From assembly GCF_000181795.1 (NCBI RefSeq), contig NW_003526941.1, forward strand, positions 5,433,053 through 5,497,052: a stretch of 64,000 bases of DNA. Reading direction: 5' to 3'. This stretch comes from Trichinella spiralis (Eukaryota). Positions 46,397-59,903 of the stretch are shown here, piece after piece. Under the pieces are notes generated by a model. That model was given only the letters and a program-made list of their open reading frames with translations. It searched no databases and had not been told where the DNA came from. How positions within the stretch are numbered: the stretch's first letter is position 1; each line of letters begins with the position of its first letter. Both the position numbers and the translations under genes were made by a program.

Positions 46397-48005
46397 TAAA
46401 AACAGCCTCGAATACCAGACAATTTAGATCATAAAGGCGCAGCCTGAAAACATGATTTACTTCAACACACACTGTAATTTCAACATAAATTATATTTTAA
46501 AGAATTTATTTATTCATTATTATATTTCAAAAGTGTACATACATGCAAAATGACTTGTAAATTCTTTTGCAATTTATAAGAATAAAATTCAGATTGAGAT
46601 TAAGATTAAGTAGAACATAAATATTCTTATCTTAACAAAACAAGAAACATTTTCTAACAATATAAATACGATGGTTTTTATCCAGTCAATCTGTACAGTC
46701 ATTGTCATTCTTACACATCAATTAATCATTTGATATCGATATCAGCGTAAATCAATCTATCAATCAATTTAGAAAAATAATTATTTAGCAAAACTGATAG
46801 AAAATAATGCTGCAAAACAGCTAGTAAAATAAAAAAACAAAAAAATTTACTTCATAAAATTTAGTTGCCTTGAATTTATGAAACATTTCCTTGTACAAAA
46901 GTAATTATGAAAAACTTTTTACTAATCATTTAAAATTATAATTATATTTATATATAAAATTTATAAAATTAAAATTATATTTATATATAATTATAATTAA
47001 AATCCTGGAATGCAGAACTTATAAATAAATAAATTAACAATGAAACACAAAAAACAATGCCCACCAAATTATTAACTAAAATCACTTAATTCGAGAAGCT
47101 TAAACGGCGACTTCTACACATATTCAATACAGAACAATTTTAAATAAAACTGCAAAGATCATTTTATCAATACAAGTGAATTAAAAACAATTAAATAATT
47201 AAAAAATTTTTTACCTACAGTGATTTTTTTTGGAAGGCACTCAGTTGATCAAAAATCAATGTCAGCATGCCATGAATACCGTGTTAGAAAATGCAGGATC
47301 AAATTTAAATAAAAAAAAATATCCCTTTTACATAATTCATTCTAGTAGTATTTTAAACTTGAATTATTTTTAAGTTCTGAATGTCAGATAATGTTTCCAT
47401 TTTATAAAAAATTTTTTTCTCGACATTTAATTACGCAATTTCATTTACCTGCATTTACTTTTACCGTATGTCTAATCGACAATGTTGTAGTAGACTTTTT
47501 TGTATTTGTAACAATTAACAACATTTTAACACAATATACCTTTATATAATTATCTAATTTTTTATATGTAAGTTACTTTTCAACTGTTATTAAAAGTTTA
47601 TTTAAATGACATTCACATAAACTCATTATTTGAACATTTAATCATTATTTTTTAAAACTAATTTTTTTCATGAAATCTGTTTTTTGTATATTACGTATGT
47701 TTGAAAATAAAAAAATTTTTTTTCGTATTTACCTTGCATATTCATCTGCAGAAATCATTCACCGTTTAATGCAATTTGTAAATGAAGTAAACACACTTGT
47801 AATCAAGGAAGTTAATTTGATTTTTCAATTACTGTTTTTCCCCTTATTGTTTAATTATTTTTAAAGTTTTTTTATGTCGTTGAAATGATGAAGATTGGTT
47901 TTTTGATTAGCTGAAAACAGAATCTCTTAGCGCTTGATATCCTTTTCAAATTTTAGAAATAGATTTTATATAATCAAGCCCTATTCAGTGCCTTCGAGTT
48001 GAACA

Positions 48006-48559
48006 ATGACAAGCTCAAAATCATACAAATATGTCAAACTTGATACAGAACCGTCTACATCATTTGCTAGCCGTACAATTGAGCAACAAGAGGTTTGCGG
48101 TTCTTTTTTCTTTTGGTTATCCAACTGGATGGATTTTTTTTTGCATACATTCATTTCAGCTAATTATTAAATCACAAGATGAAAATTTAGAAAAGATCGG
48201 AGCCAACGTACGCGTTTTGCGTGACATGAGTGCACAGATTGGATTCGAAATTGAAGAGCAGTCGATGTAAATTTACCTATTTTTGGTGAGAAGAGAAAAT
48301 AATCCGTCATTGTATTTGAGAATGCTTGATGATTTGAATGCCGACTTGGACAGTACGCAGGCGAAAATGGCCACGGTGATGAACAAAATGGGAAAAGTGA
48401 TGCACATGTCTGCTGGTAAAGAAGCTTCGATGCGTTTTCCTGACGATTATATATTTTTAAATTCGCTTTTCTCACGTTTCAGATAAACTTCAAACGTACA
48501 TCATTGTTGCCTTGTTGGTGTTGTTGGCCGTTTTGATAATAATGTTTGCCATTTTGTAA
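48006..48559 (+). CDS. STX6: Short syntaxin-6-like Qc-SNARE, 121 aa, 4 exons
   Basis: Exons 48006-48092, 48160-48266, 48321-48415, 48483-48559. SNARE motif QDENLEKIGANVRVLRDMSAQIGFEIEEQSIMLDDL..KMGKVMHM; C-terminal TM YIIVALLVLLAVLIIMFAIL. Confidence 0.85.
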
Positions 48560-49719
48560 ATTATTAAACCTGCACTAACAAGCTCTGTGCACTTTCTTGA
48601 CTTATTGACACTGCTTTTAATATTTCAAAATTGTTTTACCAGAAAATAAATTATTTTCACTCAAAAATATATCTGAATTGAACAGAAGGATAAAAATTGT
48701 CCAAGAGCGCAGCAACCAACGCCAGAGAAGAATCAATGGTCAATCGGCCAAAAAACAGATTCTTCCTTTCCACGAAAAATTAAATAAAAATCACATTTAT
48801 ACATTGTTTCTTATGTTTAAATCGAGCACACACGCACATGCACATATCAGCACAGCAAACTAGCAAATAGCAAACAATGTTCATTTTCCTTCTTCAACGT
48901 CTATCGCATATTTGATTTATTTAAAACATCGACCGCTCATGCCAATCTTACACATAAATGTTTGTTTACTCAATTTTAAATATTTTTACGAGAAACATTT
49001 TTTTCAAAACTTATCCATTACTCGCATATAGAAATGACACTGGCTTACCTGATACCGATGTTGCTTTTGATGGTTGACTTTGATTAGCAGCACGTAACGT
49101 TCATTCTCGTAGTTTCATCATCTTTTGTCAGGTGTTCATCTTTGAGGCGATCTGCCAATGATGAACATTAATGTCTTCACGGGTAGTGCATTAATATAAA
49201 CTAAAAATTGCTTTTCATGAAAAGAAAACCGACAACTCCAATTTGAATTATCAAAATGAACAATATCATAGCGGTAATAAAACATTCACAGAAAAATGTT
49301 ACCTCCTACACACAAGTTATACATACCTTTTTGCACTACTTATTTTTAATAAAAAATAAATTTCTGCTTAATATATACGACGTTGCATATATCGGTTGCA
49401 TAACGCTTGCAGCAGAATGGTAAAAGTAGGACGCTGGGCTGGGCTAAAGTCAAACGCGATCAACCAATCAAAACATCGTGATAAGCAAACATTTCAAATA
49501 TTGTTAATTATACTGATATAAACTTGATTGTCAAAATTTTATTATACCGTATGCGCATACAAATAGTTTTAAGTAAGGCCTTTCGAAGATTACTTATTTA
49601 TTAAAAATGCATTCTCTAGTAGTATTTGGTTGTTGTTATTGATTTTTTTGTATATTATTTATTATCTTTTCAAAATTTGCATGGTTTTCGTTATGCTATT
49701 TCTGATTGAAAAAGTTCTA

Positions 49720-50249
49720 CACTGACCAAGAAATTACGAACCGAACCACGTTCAGCTAATTAATATTGAAAAGTAAGCGTTACCTGTGATTGGCTGATTT
49801 GGAAATAGCATGGTGGTTCTTTCGATTATACTACCCTCTGCGCGTCAATTAGACCCATGCTCAGACATGAATATATGGACATTTTGATTTGCTTTCTTCA
49901 TCACTTGGGTTCAGACATTTCCCACACCATCGAACGCACTACGGATGTCGAAACCTTGCTACATTATTCCTTATCGCCAGACAGTGGTTACTGCTTCTGA
50001 ATGAGTCGTCGACGAATGCTTTGAACGGCAAGTCAGACTGGCTTTCACGTTTGATAATAGGCATGGAAGTTTTAATTTTTGTCGACCATCCCTAATTTCT
50101 GTTTGTCTATGACGAAAAGAGAAAGAGGGAAGCACAATCAGAAGAACAAGCGTAGCATTTCCAAATCACACGATCACAGGTAATACCTGCTTTTCACCAT
50201 TATTGAGCTGAATGTTACTTACCATTATTGTTCATGATTTCCAGTACTG
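49720..50249. mobile_element. Degenerate MITE / non-autonomous Tc1-mariner-like element
   Basis: Imperfect ~130-bp terminal inverted repeats. Left TTCAGCTAATTAATATTGAAAAG..TTACCTGTGATTGGCTGATTTGGAAAT vs right (reverse complement) TTCAGCTCAATAATGGTGAAAAG..TTACCTGTGATCGTGTGATTTGGAAAT. Left end TA|CACTG; right end reads CAGTACTGG in reverse complement. Confidence 0.65.
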
Positions 50250-50373
50250 TGTGACAATAAATCGAATGAATATGTTATGACTTACGAATAATGTAGTAGC
50301 ATATTTCGTTTACAATCATCCTGTAAATTAAAAATGCTCTCATCTTATTTCTTTGACATTTGTTTCAGAAAAC

Positions 50374-51887
50374 ATGGGGATTGGAATAGTTCTTTTCTCA
50401 CTTTTCATCACAGTTGCGGGCCATCAGAAAGAGGTAGTAGATAGCAACGGCTATTTGGTTTACTGTCCATGCATGGGTAAATAAATAAACCTTTCCGTTT
50501 ATTACCTTTTTTCCTGACACAAATGAAACGTTTTAGGTCGTTTTGGCAATCAGGTGGAACAATTTCTTGGGACGTTAAGTTTCGCTAAACACATCAATCG
50601 TACACTTGTTCTTCCTCCATTCATAGAATACGACTCTGGGAAAACGGTAATTTTATTGTCCACTTTGTAAAATGATGATAATAAAGTTCTAAGAACATTT
50701 TATTCCAATTTTAAGAAAATGATTCGCTTCACTGACTATTTCCAGTTGAAACATTTGCTAAAGTATCATCGAGCAATAGAAATGAGTCAGTTCATTCGAG
50801 ATGTGGCTCCGATTATTTGGCCGATGAATCGTCGAATTGGTAGGCGCTTTAATTCCATTATTGCCAGTGTTAAATGTATTCAATGAGATTTTTCAGGATT
50901 TTGTTATTATGAAGGCAGTCACTCGAACGGATGTGACATGAAATATGGAAATCCATTCCAAGTTTTCTGGGATTTATACAATGTTGATTTTGCCTCCTAT
51001 GAAATATACAGCAAAAATGGTTTATCAACAGAGAGAACTCACTGGGATTTGTGGTTAGAACGGTAGGTCCAAGAGGTTAAATAATAAAGATTTATTTATT
51101 TAATAAGTTACTTTTCTAATACTTCTGAAGATATCCTGCCGAAAGTTATCCTGTATTAGCTTTCAAAGGTCCTCCCGGTTCTTTTCCTTCGAATCCAGAA
51201 GATCACGCTTTACAAAAATATTTAGTTTGGTCACCATACGTACAAGACAAGGCTGACGCTTTTATCAGTGAAAATCTTCGAGGACAGCCTTTCTTGGGTG
51301 TGCACTTGCGCAACAACAAAGATTGGGTAAATAATTTATAGGGTTTTCTTTTTTTTTGCTGCTTTCGAAATTTAGCCATTTTTAGCCTAATGTCTGTCAG
51401 TATATCAAACCAAAGTGGCATCTGTTCTGTTCTTCACAGTGTTTGGGAAAACATTTCGAACACGGCATCATGACAATGGAGCTGTGCCTTCCTTCTGAAG
51501 AATTAATCCTATCCCAGGTGAAAGAGGCAATTGCTCGTACGGGTCTGAAAGTGCTGTTTGTTGCTTCTGAATATGATCACATGATCAATCAATTCACACA
51601 AATGTTGCCTAAAAAGCAAGGGGTAAGGTGATTTTTCTTTCTTCATTTTAATCGTACGGCTTTCTGTAAAATTTACACGCTCTTCTTGAATATAGTATAC
51701 GGTAGTTCGACGATATCCAGATCATGCCCAGATCAGTTTGGCAATTTTAGCCAAATCGAAACTATTAATTTGCAACTGCCTTTCTTCATTTACTGCAATG
51801 GTTAAGCGTCAACGTGATCTGCAAGGCTTACCGACAGAATTCTGGGGTTTCAACAATACCGAAACGAAACAGCACAGCGAGCTATGA
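50374..51887 (+). CDS. POFUT1: GDP-fucose protein O-fucosyltransferase 1, multi-exon
   Basis: Signal peptide; [71 protein letters not shown]-retention C-terminus HSEL*. Confidence 0.96.
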
Positions 51888-52235
51888 GAACCGAGTGAAG
51901 CTTTAAAAATATTTGTTACTATACTCTGTAATGCTTCTGTTGCACAAAATGACAATGTGTGTGCGATTGATTCATATTCATTCTGAAAGAAAGACTTTTC
52001 AAAGAAGAAAGTATAAATAATAAATTAACATATATTTCGACAATGATTAAAAGCGCAATATTCAGTTGAATGACGTTTATCAAGGCAATTTGTGTATGGA
52101 TGGTACTTAGAATTGTGGATTTTTTTTATTTGTTCCAAAAGAACAGTATGTTCAAGTCTGCAACAGTATATACAGTTGAATAAGAAAAAGAATATACTGT
52201 TTTCCATTTTGAAAAGTCGACCAACCATGGAACAG

Positions 52236-55200
52236 TTAAGCAAGTGTTAAGCTTGTCAAAGTGGCATTGCAATTTCGTTCCAAATCTTCGTCTGAATCGC
52301 AATAGCTGAAATGAGGAGAATCACCTTAGCATTTTTGTATTAATTTTTCAAATTCTTGTAATTTTACTACATTTCCGTCTCTTCTTCTTGTTGAAGTTCA
52401 ACGTCCAGCAAATTTTTGTACTGAATTGCTGCGAATCGATCCCATTCGTTGGCTGCGTCTTCAAACTTGAAAAGCAATACAACAGAATGAATGAAATAAC
52501 CGAAGAAAAACCGTCAACGATGAAAATATTATATAAATAAATGCATAAAACAACTGATGCACCGTGTTTACCTCATCATATAGATGTCGGCTAGAATCAG
52601 GATCTTCGTGTGTGAGAAACTTTCTAACGTTGAAGAATGTATCGAAAAAGAACGCTGACATACGGCATCGTTTCAGATCACTCAACGATATTTTATCTGG
52701 ATGAGCCGGCTTGACGGCGTCGAAAATCTTTAAAAATAAAAGTAAAATGAAATTGCGAAATTAATAATAAAATACAAGTTTGAATGTGAAATATATATAT
52801 ATATATATATATGCACATCCGCATCTCACCTGACAGATGAGATCAGTGAAAGGAACCGCCGCCAGACCGTATTCAGTCATCCTCTCCACCTGTTCCTCGT
52901 AGAAATAATGCAACTCGTACATGGACAAATAACCATCGCCGTCTAAATCCATGCAACGAAACCAATATTCGATACTAAAAATCAAAGAATCAAATCATTA
53001 AAAATAAAATACCTTCCCTTCGCTTGGTTACAATACATCGCATACCTCTTCGGATGTTGTTTGTCCACTTCTGCAATTAAAAACCACACAAATTCCACGT
53101 AAGTCATTTGTTGAACGTTGCTTGTCATATTGCAATTCACGGCAGTAGAAAATATTCGATCAATGATTCTTCTGTTTAAAGCTCAAAATGGAAAAGCTGT
53201 TTACAATTTTTCAATTTCAAAAATAAAATGAACTAAAAATTGAACTCGCTCACCATAATCTGAATATCGCTCTAGATCCGTTTTATCAATGAGCATGTCA
53301 TGATCATCGTCCAATTTCCAAAACATACAATAAATGACGTAGAAGTGTTCATAGGAAAAATAATCCGTCACTTTGTTTATATCTTCTTCTTCTCTCAGAC
53401 GCCAAAGTGTCTTAATTAGATTAAACATAACATAACATAACAACATAAGATTACATTATACAAAAAAAAATTATTTTCGCTAACCGAGCATAAAAATTAA
53501 AACAAAAAAAGCACTTACAGAAAGGAAATTTGCTCGTCTCAATTCAGTAGCTGTAATTTTCTCAGACCAGCTGAGGCTGACAGAAAAAAATATCCTCGAT
53601 ATTACCTTGAATAATAAATTTAAAAAATGAATTCGAAATGAATTTCAACACCAATTTCAAAAATAAACAAACATACTGTTTGTGCATAGCATGAATGAAA
53701 TGTCGGCGCTTCGCGAAGACAAGAAAGTCCAGGATGATGATCTATGATATCCTATGAAAAACATTTAACAAAAAGTTTAAAAAAAGAAATAATAATCAAC
53801 AGCAGACAAATAAATGAACAAATATATAAATAAGTGAACATACTTGAATCATTGGTAGAAAGTTTGTAGCTATGACGTGATTTGCTGAATCGCCGTTCAA
53901 TAAGCGAATGAATGCATACACCGGATCACTTCCAACTTTGCATATTCTGTGATTTGAAAAAAACGAGGAAAACATTAAACATAGAACAAATGGAATTTAT
54001 TGAAAAAAAATCACAAATCATACCGTTTCCAAAATTCTTTGAAATTGTAATAATTGACAAATCCATCATCCGGTGCAGAACGGCAACAGTGGTAAAACGG
54101 TTGCCGGACGTAATAAGGCAAACCGCACGCTTCGGCTACTTCGCCCATTGCATGCAAATCAGCTTTTCCTGAATGTCGGACAAAAATTTCGGCACATTTT
54201 CTCAACTGTACACTAATTACATTCGGATCCGAGGGTTTACCGCATGGGAAATAAAATCTAAAAAATGCTATATAAAAAACAACAACCACGTATATACATA
54301 TGTACACCACACCTTGGGATATGTTCGTTTTGAGATGAAGCCAACAGCACCGGCGGTAAAGAGGGTTGTGGGAGCGTCAAATGAACAACGGGCAAGGAAT
54401 TGGCGGTGCTTTTCAAGCTATCGGTCAGCCATTTGGCAGAAGAGAAATTATTTACGGTAGAATTGTGAAAAACGGCCGTCGGCAGTGTCGCATCCCAAAC
54501 CCGTAATTTATTAATATTGATGTTGCTGTTGTTCAAGTTCTTGTTGTCAGTCGTTGCCTAAAAAGAAACGAAGTTGAAAATAATTAAACAATTTGTGCAT
54601 TACAATAATAATAATAATTATTACCGTATACTGTTGCTGTACATGAGGCATATTAGATCGGTCGTGTAGTATTGTTGGTCGCTTTTCAAATTGCAATATC
54701 CGTTCAGCTACTGAGCCGTTGATCATCCAGTTGGTCGGACGTGTGGCAACTGATTTAGCCGGTCGAGAACCAAAAATCGCTTCGTCCGTTGCGGCGCTTG
54801 ATTTTCCCGCTGCGGTCTGTCCGGCTCCGTGGGGTCTATTTCCATGCTTGGTTGGAGGAACGCCGAGATTGTTCAAAATGGAATCCAGCTCGGTAAAGTC
54901 CGGCTCGGGTCGTTCGGCAGTGGCGGTGCTGTTCACCATTGTCGGCGTCGGTCCAGAGAACGGTCGAATGGAACGTGTGGGCGTGGCACGCGGCTTCTCG
55001 TCGCATTCGTCGATGATCGCCTTGACCACCGTGTTCCAAGCTTCCCAAGTCGGCTGCCGGCTTCGATCGCGGCTCAGCTCCGTCGACGGTCTCGACACAT
55101 CCTCGACGCCGTTGAAATCCGTCCACAGGCCAGTGCTGGTCAAGCTGGACGATTTTTGAATTTCACACCTTCGACCGCGTTCACCACCATTTTCCACTGT

Positions 55201-55755
55201 CGTACTGAATCGATCACCATCCAACACCGGAGACGCGCACCTCTGCACCACGTAATCATAAACGTCGCGATCGCTGAATGAACGATCCACTGTTGTCGCT
55301 TTTGGCCAGTAATAGCCTCAAAAAAAATTTATTCCACTATTTTGCCACCGTTCAAAATTAATTGCAAAGCTTGTTTAAAACAATTTACAATTTTAAAACA
55401 AAAAAAATATTTGAACAAACAACATTATATATGTGCAAATAATACTGCAGCTAAGAAGTTGCTGTTGTTGTTGATGATGTTTATCTAATCACACTGAAAC
55501 TTGCAAAAACGGCAAAACAACCCATCATGCAGTAAACGCAAAAAATATTTTAATTTCTAAAATTACTCACGATGGAATAAGAGCATAATCTCTTCAATTG
55601 GAGCAATTTTAAATTTGAAAATATGCAAAAAATAATAATAAAACATGCAGACGACAAAAAAAAGAAAATTATTCATTCAAAAACAACGTGAACATTCGTT
55701 AGTTTGCATTTGGTTGAAAGAAAAAACTGCAGACGCTATTGGCAAAGCAAGCTGC

Positions 55756-55792
<37 letters not shown>

Positions 55793-57221
55793 TGAAAAAA
55801 ATTAGCACTTCTCAATTGAAGATAAAGCGCAAATTTGAAGATTTTCAATACAATGCCGTTACTTATCTATATACTATCAGTACTTTCTTTTTCGCCAATT
55901 ATGCCAATCAAAACTTATTTCATTCACATTTCAAAATTCATTACTACACAAAAAGAAATATAAAAATCAAAACGCGGATCAATCAAACTGCTATGCTAAT
56001 TTAAAAAAGAAAAAACAAATTATAGTAAAATAAAATTTTTTCTCGAAAATAAATATTTTCACTAGACTGTTGGCAGTGTTGTCGATAATTTTTCCAATAT
56101 AATCAGCTGCAAGCGGCTAATTCCCTGTTTTGTGGTTAAATTTGGCTTATTGATGATAAAAGTTTAATCTTAGTAGCTTAATTCAAGCGAACTCTCTCAA
56201 CCAAGCAGTAGTATTAACGTTTCAATTTTGCAAAGAAATATCGAAATAAACCAGTTTCAATACATTTATCAAAATGTACATTCTCAATTATCAAATATGT
56301 AAAAATGAAAATCTGATTAATATTCAAAAATAACAGGAAAAAAAATTACACCTTTTATACGTGAATTTTTTTATCAATGATAATTATTCTGAAAATAGCA
56401 TGAAAAGCATTTGAAATATTAACAAAAAATCCACTGAATCGATTTTTGAAAAACTGAAAAATATGGCATTTGATGAGTGAAATTATTTTCTTTATCTGCA
56501 AAAGTTAGCTTGCTTCCGCTTTACAACGCGCCTGACATCGTTCATCAATCAGAAAGGTGCAAAGCTACACTAAAACTTACGCAACTGATTGCCGAGGCGT
56601 GACAAGCTAACATGGTTAGCTGCTAACATTAGAATTGAAAAAGAAGAAGAAAACAAATGCTAATTTTTTCAAAAAAATATGCACATAAATAAAATCATAT
56701 TTTTTACACTCACCATTAGTGATCGTTTTTGTAGAAATTGTCTGCTGTGATTCAGGATATCGATACCGTTGTTGTTGTTGTTGTTGCTGCTGCTGTTGCT
56801 GGTAGTGATGGCGGTGGTGGTGCTGCTGTTCTTGCTGCTTCTGGTGATTACTGTATTGGTGTTGATGATAATGATTTGATTTGGTAAAGCTTCTTGACTG
56901 AACATTATCATCCAGTTCACGAGCAAACTGATTACGTTTAGCCAAAAAATTCGACCTCCAGGTGTCGCTTCGACGACGTGGCATTGTACCTACATCCTTC
57001 AGTACGTCGTCCAGGGCCGACAAGTCCGGCTGTACTGGTGCCAAGTGAGCCCGTTGAGCAACTGGTCTCAAATCAACCGTACTGAACCACTGGCGATGGA
57101 CAGTTGTGACAAGCTGATGCTGCACAGCTACAGGTTCCCACAAATGATGGCTTCGATTAGTAATGGCAGACCTAAGCAGAGACGGCGACCCCCAGCCACC
57201 GCGCTGGTCCGTCGCCGACAT
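52236..57221 (-). CDS. PPP2R3A: Protein phosphatase 2A regulatory subunit B'' (PR72/PR130 family), multi-exon; start uncertain
   Basis: [63 protein letters not shown] (EF hand); [19 protein letters not shown]. Long low-complexity N-terminal exons at ~54625-55317 and ~56713-57221. Confidence 0.9.
55756..55791. repeat. (AAT)n microsatellite in a PP2A B'' intron
   Basis: About 12 AAT units. Confidence 0.9.
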
Positions 57222-59903
57222 CCACTGGTTTTATTTAATTTTCAATTCTTCTATTGTTTATTCAAACCAACAAGTTAGCATTGAAATTGAAAACAACTTT
57301 CTAAATCAATAGGCAAGGCTTCTTTTCCAGCTAAGAGAAGGCAATATAAATATATATATATTTATATTTATATATCTATATACATATATACGTTGACCCA
57401 ACGGCTGCCGTGCCACTGAAGAATGTATATATATGTTCAGACGGGCAACTGACAATCAAACTAAGCACCTCTTTACTTGCTCCTCTATTAGCTGCCAACT
57501 GGCTAACGTTGAAGCGGCTGTCGTGATCGTTGCGGCGCTTGGGTGACGTGCAAAGCGCAGGTTGAAAATAACTAACAGCCAAACGATGTGCTGGTAAACA
57601 TAATTCGTTTTCTTCTTCTTCTTCTTCTTCTGCACTCTGCTGTTGCTTTCTTCAATTTTTCATTCAAAACTTTTTCCACTTCACAAAATCATTTCAAAAT
57701 AACTTACCATCAATTCAATAGTAAATGTTCAATTCACAGATCATTCAATTTTGCAAATTTACAAATTATCAATTTCTTTTTCCTGACAATAAACTTCATG
57801 CAACCTCAATTCATTGCCTACATCGTCCTTCCTAGAAGAAAAATAATTGTACATAAAACAAGTCAAACAAAACAATCTGTTAACAATTCTACTACCAATA
57901 ACTGATGTCATTCAGATGTTATTAATTCTATCTAATCACCTCAAAATAATTTGATATGCAATTTGCCATTATAACTTTACCACTCAGCCCACCCTCCAAT
58001 CTTATGTCATTTGAAAAAACCTTCAAAAACGTGAAAATTATTAGAAAAAAAAAAGCAAACAAAACAGAAATTCTACATTACATTATAAAACTGATAATAA
58101 TATTTCCACTTGGTGGCGAATTTCTAACAAATAAAAATGTATTTAACGTTTTGAAATTTAAAACAGATTAGCTTCGAACTTTCCATAAATCTTACTTACG
58201 ACGAAATGCGATACTTCTAGACCAGAGAAAATGAAATGTCCTACTTTACTACAGAACAACTACCGGTACACAAAATTATTTATACAATTGAAATCATACT
58301 GTATTTCTTTTAAATTTCAAAACAGTCTAAATTTCATATTTTTTTAAAAATCTATTCTTAAATCGTATACAAAATATCAACTCTTCAAATGACATTCAAT
58401 ATTGCATTTAAAATAGAATAATAAAAAAATTTAAAAACAATTACTTCAACATGTCATCTTGTGCGGCTGTTGCTTTCTGTTTCGATTTATTGGCCGGTGA
58501 CATTTTGTACATCAAACGTCGAATGGAAATTTCGGAAAAATCTTAAAATTTTTCATCTATATCGGGAAATGTAAATGAATCTTCAGTATTAAACAGTCAT
58601 ATTACTTTCTAGCAAAAAAAATTACACGGAAATCATCATATTCACATCTTTGCATTACATTAAATAGGAAAATGCATCAAATTCAGAATTGACATTTTGC
58701 CGTCAGCCAACTGACAATTTTCAAGAAAAAATAAATTTCAACTGTCATAATTTCATAGAAATACAATTCATCCCCTGATATATTTAGCATCATATAACGA
58801 TTAAGAAAAATGCAGTCTAGAGAATAATAAACTTCAAGTAACATGCTTGACAAATTACACACAAAAATACAAAACCCCCCAAGATATTAGCATAAAAATT
58901 ATATTAAATATGACTTGTTATAAAATAACACTGATAAAATTTACCCTAATTCAATTTACCAAAACTTAAAAAATTTCTGATGTTGCATAATGCAAATAAT
59001 AAAGACATAAAAATCATAAGTTTTAAGAAGATGTTGTGTAACGTTATGCAATGAAAATGAAATTAAACAAGCACAGACTGTAACACTGTTTTATTATAAT
59101 ATGACTTACCTTTTGATGTGATAATAATGCTTTACGCGTAACGCATTTAGTATTAATATGAAGAATTAAACAAGCATTATTAAATAACCATGATATTATT
59201 TTTAAAATAAATCAAAAGTAATACTACCGTCATAAGTTATACATCATACGGTTGCCAAAAAAGAAAAAATCATAATTTAAAAAAAACTGTAAATTAAAAA
59301 AATAATCTAATATTCACATTTATTATATATGTTACGTTTTTGCGTAGCTAGATTTGCACTATATATTATTTATTGTTTCCATAATGAATGTATTCAATCG
59401 ACAATATAAAACTGCTAAAGCATTAAAAGGAATACTGTAGTTTTCAATTTAACTTTTTACAGTAAATAAAACTTCTGTTAATTATCCAGTGATAATCTAC
59501 TCGTTTCAAATTTAATTTATAATATCATATAATATATATGTGTGTAAAAATTTCAAAAGAAAGAACAGAAAATGTCATATACATATATTAATAATACTTG
59601 AAAATAAATACTGTAGTTAGTATAAATCTATTTTTATGTGCAAGTGTGCCATTGAAATTTATTTTTTATATGTAGTTGAATATTAATTTCAAACTTCTTT
59701 CTATTTTATAAAACATTTATTTTTTATTTTCAATTTTTCCTTTGTTAGATGGGATGCAACGTACTTAGCAATAAGATTAATCCTTTTGACTCATTATATT
59801 AATGTTACATTTTATTGTGTATTTTATACTTTTATTTTCTTGAAAACGTTTGTACATGTGAACAGGTTTTCACTTGTAGAAAAGCTTCCTATTCCAGGAG
59901 GCT

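Noticed and set aside
48690..49200. Possible small minus-strand gene (CAG|GTAAGC donor at ~49050)
   Set aside because: No consistent ORF or recognisable homology could be assembled; at most a non-coding transcript.
54719..55281. Overlapping + strand ORFs of 146-150 aa
   Set aside because: Antisense shadows of the GC-rich PP2A B'' exon.
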